From: a virus
Taxonomy: Duplodnaviria; Caudoviricetes
IMG/VR virus record: IMGVR_UViG_3300049846_001081
Direction: 5' to 3' (one strand)
Length of the DNA stretch: 64,000 nucleotides
In this document: one piece after another, positions 59,059 through 64,000 of the stretch
How the letters are laid out: every line of letters begins with the position of its first letter
Numbering within the stretch: position 1 is the stretch's first letter
Notes under the pieces: model-generated
The model's database searches: none
Told to the model about the DNA's origin: nothing
Seen by the model: only the letters and a program-made list of their open reading frames with translations
Position numbers and translations under genes: made by a program

Positions 59059-61352
59059 GCAACGGCACTAAAGTTAAAAAGCGCGATGGACGAATTGAGT
59101 CTCTTGACCTAGACAAAATGCATTTGATGGTTGAAGAGGCGTGTAAAGGTCTTGCAGGGGTCTCTGCAAGTCAAGTTGAGATGACCTCTGGTATTCAATT
59201 CTATGATGGAATTACCACAGCAGAAATTCAAGAAATTCTAATTCGTTCTGCTTCAGACTTAATTGATCTTGATCACCCGAATTATCAGTTTGTTGCCGCC
59301 CGCCTTCTTCTTTTTGCGGTTCGTAAGCAACTTTATGGGAAGATGAAAGAACTTCCAACTTTAGAACAACACATTATTGATTGTGTTTCTGCCGAAGTTT
59401 ATGATAGTGATATTTACAACAAGTATTCTCAAGAAGAGATTGCTCGCGCTGAGTCGTTTATTGATCATGACCGTGACTTTCTATTCACTTATGCAGGTTT
59501 ACGTCAAGTCGTTGATAAGTACCTCGTGCAAGATAGAAGCAGTGGCGGTGTATATGAAACCCCACAGTTTATGTACATGATGATTGCTCTGACTATCTTT
59601 GCAGAGTATCCCAAAGAAACCAGAATGTCATATGTCAAGAGGTATTATGACGCAATCTCAAAGCACAAAATCAACATCCCAACACCAATCATGGCGGGAG
59701 TGCGGACTCCGCTTAGACAATTTGCTAGCTGTGTGCTTGTTGACGTTGATGACACCCTCGATAGTATCTTTAGTAGCGATATGGCTATTGGCAGATACGT
59801 TGCACAGAGGGCGGGAATCGGCATCAACGCTGGTAGAATCCGTGGCATCAACAGCAAAATCCGAGGTGGAGAAGTTCAACACACGGGTGTTGTACCATTT
59901 CTCAAGAAGTTTGAAGCAACTGTCAGATGTTGCACGCAGAATGGCATACGAGGTGGATCCGCGACAGTACACTTCCCAATCTGGCACCAAGAAATAGAAG
60001 ACATTCTTGTTCTTAAAAACAACAAGGGAACGGAGGATAATCGTGTTCGTAAACTTGACTACAGTATTCAAATCAGTAAACTCTTCTATGAAAGGTTCAT
60101 TCAGGATGCTGAGATCACGCTTTTCTCCCCACACGATGTACCTGGACTATATGATAGCTTCGGACTCCCTAGTTTTGATGATCTCTACGTTTCGTATGAG
60201 AAGAATCCGACCATTAAGAAAAAAACTGTTAAAGCACAGGAACTCATTCTCAATCTCCTTAAGGAACGTGCGGAAACGGGTCGTGTCTATATTATGAATA
60301 TTGATCACTGCAACTCTCACTCATCCTTTAAGGACAAAGTTGAGATGAGCAATCTGTGTCAGGAAATCACTCTTCCAACTTATCCTATTCAACACATTGA
60401 TGATACAAATGGGGAAATTGCTCTATGTATTCTCTCTGCTATCAATGTTGGTAAAGTTAAGTCTGATGATGAACTTGAGGAACTTTGTGACCTTTCAGTT
60501 CGCGGTTTGGATGAGTTGATTGACTATCAAAAATACCCCGTAGCCGCGGCAGAAATTGCCACTAAGGCACGTCGTTCTCTTGGTGTAGGGTTTATTGGTC
60601 TTGCACACTATTTGGCAAAACTTGGATACAACTATGATTCTCAGGAAGCATGGGATGCAGTTCATGGACTTGCTGAAAGTTTTCAATACTATCTACTGAA
60701 AGCCTCCAATCAACTTGCTAAAGAAAAGGGACATTGTGAATACTTTGGTCGTACTAAGTATGCTGATGGAATTCTACCAATTGATACATACAAAAAGGAT
60801 GTGGATGAAATTTCTTCTATTGGTTTAGAGCATGATTGGGAATCTCTCAGAGCATCTATCTTGGAACATGGTCTCAGGCACTCAACACTGTCCGCACAGA
60901 TGCCATCGGAGAGCAGTTCCGTTGTGTCAAACGCAACCAATGGAATTGAACCACCCAGAGATTACTTGTCCGTTAAGAAATCAAAGAAAGGTCCACTTAA
61001 GCAGATTGTTCCCCAGTATCATACCCTTAAGAACAATTATACGCTTCTGTGGGAGATGTCTAGCAATCGTGGGTATATTAATATTGTTGCAGTTATGCAA
61101 AAGTTCTTTGATCAAGCGATTTCTGGAAACTGGTCCTATAATCCAGAGAATTATGACAACAATGAAGTTCCTACTTCAGTGATGGCAAATGACTTTTTGA
61201 CTACATACAAGTACGGGTGGAAAACTTCTTACTACCAAAACACTTATGATATTAAGACTGATGAGGTAGTAGAAGAGAAACCCAATCTTCAAGATTTGCT
61301 AAGTGAGTTAAGTTCAGTAGAGGAGGGAGAGTGTGAATCCTGTGCAGTTTAA
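59055..61352 (+). CDS. nrdA: Ribonucleotide reductase class Ia alpha subunit
   Basis: ATP-cone VKKRDG, FASCVL, SNLCQEI, MPSESSS, C-terminal CESC. Confidence 0.97.
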   Translation: MSNGTKVKKRDGRIESLDLDKMHLMVEEACKGLAGVSASQVEMTSGIQFYDGITTAEIQEILIRSASDLIDLDHPNYQFVAARLLLFAVRKQLYGKMKELPTLEQHIIDCVSAEVYDSDIYNKYSQEEIARAESFIDHDRDFLFTYAGLRQVVDKYLVQDRSSGGVYETPQFMYMMIALTIFAEYPKETRMSYVKRYYDAISKHKINIPTPIMAGVRTPLRQFASCVLVDVDDTLDSIFSSDMAIGRYVAQRAGIGINAGRIRGINSKIRGGEVQHTGVVPFLKKFEATVRCCTQNGIRGGSATVHFPIWHQEIEDILVLKNNKGTEDNRVRKLDYSIQISKLFYERFIQDAEITLFSPHDVPGLYDSFGLPSFDDLYVSYEKNPTIKKKTVKAQELILNLLKERAETGRVYIMNIDHCNSHSSFKDKVEMSNLCQEITLPTYPIQHIDDTNGEIALCILSAINVGKVKSDDELEELCDLSVRGLDELIDYQKYPVAAAEIATKARRSLGVGFIGLAHYLAKLGYNYDSQEAWDAVHGLAESFQYYLLKASNQLAKEKGHCEYFGRTKYADGILPIDTYKKDVDEISSIGLEHDWESLRASILEHGLRHSTLSAQMPSESSSVVSNATNGIEPPRDYLSVKKSKKGPLKQIVPQYHTLKNNYTLLWEMSSNRGYINIVAVMQKFFDQAISGNWSYNPENYDNNEVPTSVMANDFLTTYKYGWKTSYYQNTYDIKTDEVVEEKPNLQDLLSELSSVEEGECESCAV

Positions 61353-62523
61353 GATTTCTTCCGTAGAGGAACAACAAACGAATATTAAAGGAATGACCGT
61401 ATTCAATACGGAAAAAGTGGACACTAAAAAGCAACCAATGTTTTTTGGAAAACCACTTGGAGTTCAGAGATATGATTCATACAAATATCCTGTATTTGAT
61501 AAACTAACAACTCAGCAACTTGGATATTTTTGGAGACCTGAGGAGGTCTCCCTCCAAAAGGATCGTGGAGATTATCAAACACTGCGCCCAGAACAGAAGC
61601 ACATTTATACTTCTAATTTGAAGTATCAGATCATGTTGGATTCTGTTCAAGGTCGTGGTCCTGGTATGGCATTTATTCCATACTGTTCACTTCCTGAATT
61701 GGAAGCATGTATGGAAGTGTGGGGATTCATGGAAATGATCCATTCACGTTCTTACACATATATCATCAAAAACGTTTATTCAGACCCCTCTGAGGTGTTT
61801 GATACTATCATTGGCGATGAACGTCTTCTGGAACGTGCTAGAAGCGTTACAGAGTCTTATGATGACTTTATTCAATCCGCACAACAATATGGTGTGTCTG
61901 ATACCTGGATGCACCGACTTGAGGGAGTTTCATACGCAAAGGAATCACTCAACGATGTCAAACGAAAACTGTACAGAGCAGTCGCAAATGTTAATATTCT
62001 TGAAGGTATTCGCTTCTACGTTAGTTTTGCTTGTAGTTTCGCCTTTGGTGAACTTAAGCTTATGGAAGGATCAGCTAAAATCATCTCTCTTATCGCAAGA
62101 GACGAAAATCAACACCTAGCACTTACTCAGAATATTCTGAATAAGTGGAGAGAAGGTGATGATCCAGAAATGCAACAAATTGCAAAAGAAGAAGAGGAAT
62201 GGGTTTATGCAATGTTTGATCGTGCAGTAAATGAAGAAAAACGTTGGGCAGATTATCTGTTCAAAGATGGAAGCATGATCGGACTCAATGACAAATTGCT
62301 TCAACAGTATGTTGAATGGATTGCGAACCGTAGACTAAAAGCAATCGGACTTAAACCACAGTATGATATTTCAGCAAACAACAATCCACTACCTTGGACT
62401 CAGCATTGGATTTCTTCCAAAGGACTCCAGGTTGCTCCCCAGGAAACTGAGGTAGAATCCTATGTAGTCGGAGGCATTAAACAAGATGTTACCAAAAATA
62501 CTTTCTCAGGATTCAAACTATGA
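61333..62523 (+). CDS. nrdB: Ribonucleotide reductase class Ia beta subunit
   Basis: FWRPEE, EMIHSRSY, EGIRFY, DENQH, APQETE. Confidence 0.96.
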   Translation: MNPVQFKISSVEEQQTNIKGMTVFNTEKVDTKKQPMFFGKPLGVQRYDSYKYPVFDKLTTQQLGYFWRPEEVSLQKDRGDYQTLRPEQKHIYTSNLKYQIMLDSVQGRGPGMAFIPYCSLPELEACMEVWGFMEMIHSRSYTYIIKNVYSDPSEVFDTIIGDERLLERARSVTESYDDFIQSAQQYGVSDTWMHRLEGVSYAKESLNDVKRKLYRAVANVNILEGIRFYVSFACSFAFGELKLMEGSAKIISLIARDENQHLALTQNILNKWREGDDPEMQQIAKEEEEWVYAMFDRAVNEEKRWADYLFKDGSMIGLNDKLLQQYVEWIANRRLKAIGLKPQYDISANNNPLPWTQHWISSKGLQVAPQETEVESYVVGGIKQDVTKNTFSGFKL

Positions 62524-62635
62524 TGAATGGTGTGAACAAGCAATTCTGAACGCTTATCAGGAAGCGGCAGAATGTGATGAATTTATGTTTGGGGATTACA
62601 ACTATTGTAAAGAATGGTTAGGTACAAATGAATAG
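62486..62635 (+). CDS. 49-aa acidic ORF overlapping nrdB end (not in ORF track)
   Basis: MLPKILSQDSNYDEWCEQAILNAYQEAAECDEFMFGDYNYCKEWLGTNE; GGAGG upstream; followed by terminator. Confidence 0.5.
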   Translation: MLPKILSQDSNYDEWCEQAILNAYQEAAECDEFMFGDYNYCKEWLGTNE

Positions 62636-62640
62636 ATAGA

Positions 62641-62662
62641 GGAGGTTAACCCTCCTTTTTTT
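62641..62662 (+). terminator. Terminator after nrdB
   Basis: GGAGG-ttaac-CCTCC-T7. Confidence 0.75.
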
Positions 62663-62824
62663 ATGTCCAAAAATCAATTAACTAAAGATGAGTTAAAAGT
62701 TCGTGTTCTGAAATTGAAAAATAATTTATATAAAGAACATATTCGCCCAGAAATGGACATGAAAGGACTTGCTCATAAATATCTGAACGAAGTTCTTGAT
62801 ATCATTGATGAGTATAGATATTGA
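62663..62824 (+). CDS. 53-aa hypothetical protein (not in ORF track)
   Basis: MSKNQLTKDELKVRVLKLKNNLY...YLNEVLDIIDEYRY. Confidence 0.6.
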   Translation: MSKNQLTKDELKVRVLKLKNNLYKEHIRPEMDMKGLAHKYLNEVLDIIDEYRY

Positions 62825-63251
62825 CTATGAAAACCCTTGGACCTACAATGGAAAAGTATTTGGTTCAAGTGATATTCAAGATTATTTTGGTTTTGTATAT
62901 CATATTCATTGCAATCAAACTAATCGTGACTATATTGGTAGAAAGTATTTTTGGAGTTTCCGCACACCAAGAGGAAAATCTAGAAAAGTTAAGTCAGAGT
63001 CCGATTGGAAAATATATTACGGTTCCTGTCCTGAACTCAAAGAAGATGTAGAAAAATATGGTAGGGAGAATTTTACGCGCACTATTTTATCATTACATAA
63101 AACAAAGGGCAAAACAAACTTTGAAGAAACGAGGCAACTCTTCTTCAACAATGTCCTCACGGAATCCCTTGACAACGGAGTGCCAAGATACTATAATAGC
63201 AACATCCTCAACAGGTACTTCCGAAAAGATTATTATGACCGCAACGACTGA
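62808..63251 (+). CDS. GIY-YIG (Seg-like) nuclease
   Basis: GFVY...YIGRK...YYGS...E...YNSNI motifs. Confidence 0.75.
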   Translation: MSIDIDYENPWTYNGKVFGSSDIQDYFGFVYHIHCNQTNRDYIGRKYFWSFRTPRGKSRKVKSESDWKIYYGSCPELKEDVEKYGRENFTRTILSLHKTKGKTNFEETRQLFFNNVLTESLDNGVPRYYNSNILNRYFRKDYYDRND

Positions 63252-63408
63252 AGATATTGTGGCGCATGTGAGATCTTGGTCTCTTGATCGTGTTGCTGAT
63301 AAAAGTATATCTAAAATGGATGCCCGTGCTATTCTTGCTGAGTTTTATGAGTGGATTGAGCCAGAGGATGACGAATTGGAAATTGTCTCTCTAGAACCAG
63401 AATCTTGA
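63235..63408 (+). CDS. 57-aa hypothetical protein
   Basis: Start MTATTEDIVAH at 63235; ARAILAEFYEW. Confidence 0.6.
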   Translation: MTATTEDIVAHVRSWSLDRVADKSISKMDARAILAEFYEWIEPEDDELEIVSLEPES

Positions 63409-63433
63409 CAAAATCTAAATAAAAACTTATAAT
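63405..63433 (+). promoter_or_regulatory. Consensus sigma70 promoter
   Basis: TTGACA-N17-TATAAT. Confidence 0.85.
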
Positions 63434-63439
63434 GCTTAC

Positions 63440-63566
63440 AACCCACCCCATAAAGGTGGGTTTCACATTATGAGACTTTGAATGTGAAATTAGAGCCTAG
63501 GAGATTGCCCCTTGAGAGAGGGGAAGTGCGCTTTCTCTATTAGGATGTAGAGTTCAATCAATTTAA
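63440..63566 (+). ncRNA. Candidate structured 5' leader RNA
   Basis: Several perfect stems between the promoter and ATG 63567 (see findings). Confidence 0.45.
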
Positions 63567-64000
63567 ATGCAAAATTTCTTTACAGTAGCCCTGCCTCTCG
63601 TGGCATCGGTTACGACCAACGTGGCAACACTGCCTGTATTTCCTCCTCCACCTGTGAATGGACCAAATCCACCTTTTTCAATTGTGAAGGAGTTTGAAGT
63701 TACGACAGCGACCAAAGAGGTTGCTCCCGAAAAGCCAAAGGAGAAAAGGCTAATTTGTAAAGGGTGTAATGAAAATGAAAATGTTGCCCTGAATTATTTT
63801 CAGGACATTGGAATTAAAGACAGAAACGCCCTTGCTACCATCATGGGTAATATTCGTCAGGAATCAACTTTTATTCCTAACATCTGTGAAGGTGGTAGTA
63901 GAACCAGTTGGAGTAACTGTGGACGCGGTTACGGACTGATTCAATGGACATCTGCCAATCGTTATTATGGATTGGGTGATTTTGCTAAGAAGTATGGTGG
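63567..64000 (+). CDS. Phage_lysozyme2-like muramidase with hydrophobic N-terminus, 3'-truncated (not in ORF track)
   Basis: MQNFFTVALPLVASVTTNVATLP, Pro-rich linker, ALATIMGNIRQES...GYGLIQWT; no stop before window end. Confidence 0.72.
   Translation, partial: MQNFFTVALPLVASVTTNVATLPVFPPPPVNGPNPPFSIVKEFEVTTATKEVAPEKPKEKRLICKGCNENENVALNYFQDIGIKDRNALATIMGNIRQESTFIPNICEGGSRTSWSNCGRGYGLIQWTSANRYYGLGDFAKKYG

Noticed and set aside
43852-62523. Introns or inteins in gp43, gp41, nrdA, nrdB (also gp17)
   Set aside because: All are uninterrupted, normal-length ORFs with no intein termini.
1-64000. Photosynthesis genes (psbA, psbD, hli) and self-cleaving ribozymes
   Set aside because: No matching ORFs seen; no hammerhead or HDV-like core recognised by eye, though an Infernal scan would be needed to exclude them.

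Overview
AT-rich segment of a T4-like (myovirus) cyanophage genome, almost entirely + strand. It opens inside a giant DUF4815-type virion protein, then runs through neck/tail/head genes (gp13-gp23, gp3), uvsY/uvsW, gp55, gp47/46, a peptidase-vWA plus CobS-like AAA+ pair, gp45/44/62, regA, hsp20, gp43, uvsX, gp41, mazG, tRNA-Ala(UGC), a cytidylyltransferase-like gene, gp61, nrdA/nrdB, and ends in a truncated lysozyme-like gene. Most notable: (1) an apparently complete Bsp6I-like (GCNGC) type II restriction-modification pair inserted between regA and hsp20 behind its own consensus sigma70 promoter; (2) scattered late-promoter genes starting with a T4 internal-protein capsid-targeting-like motif (MK[T/S][F/Y]xxFxxE); (3) a small NblA-like ORF among late genes; (4) a structured, possibly switchable leader before the lysozyme-like gene; (5) terminator/promoter fusion cassettes, one duplicated as a 37-bp direct repeat. 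All family assignments come from motif recognition by eye; no searches were run.
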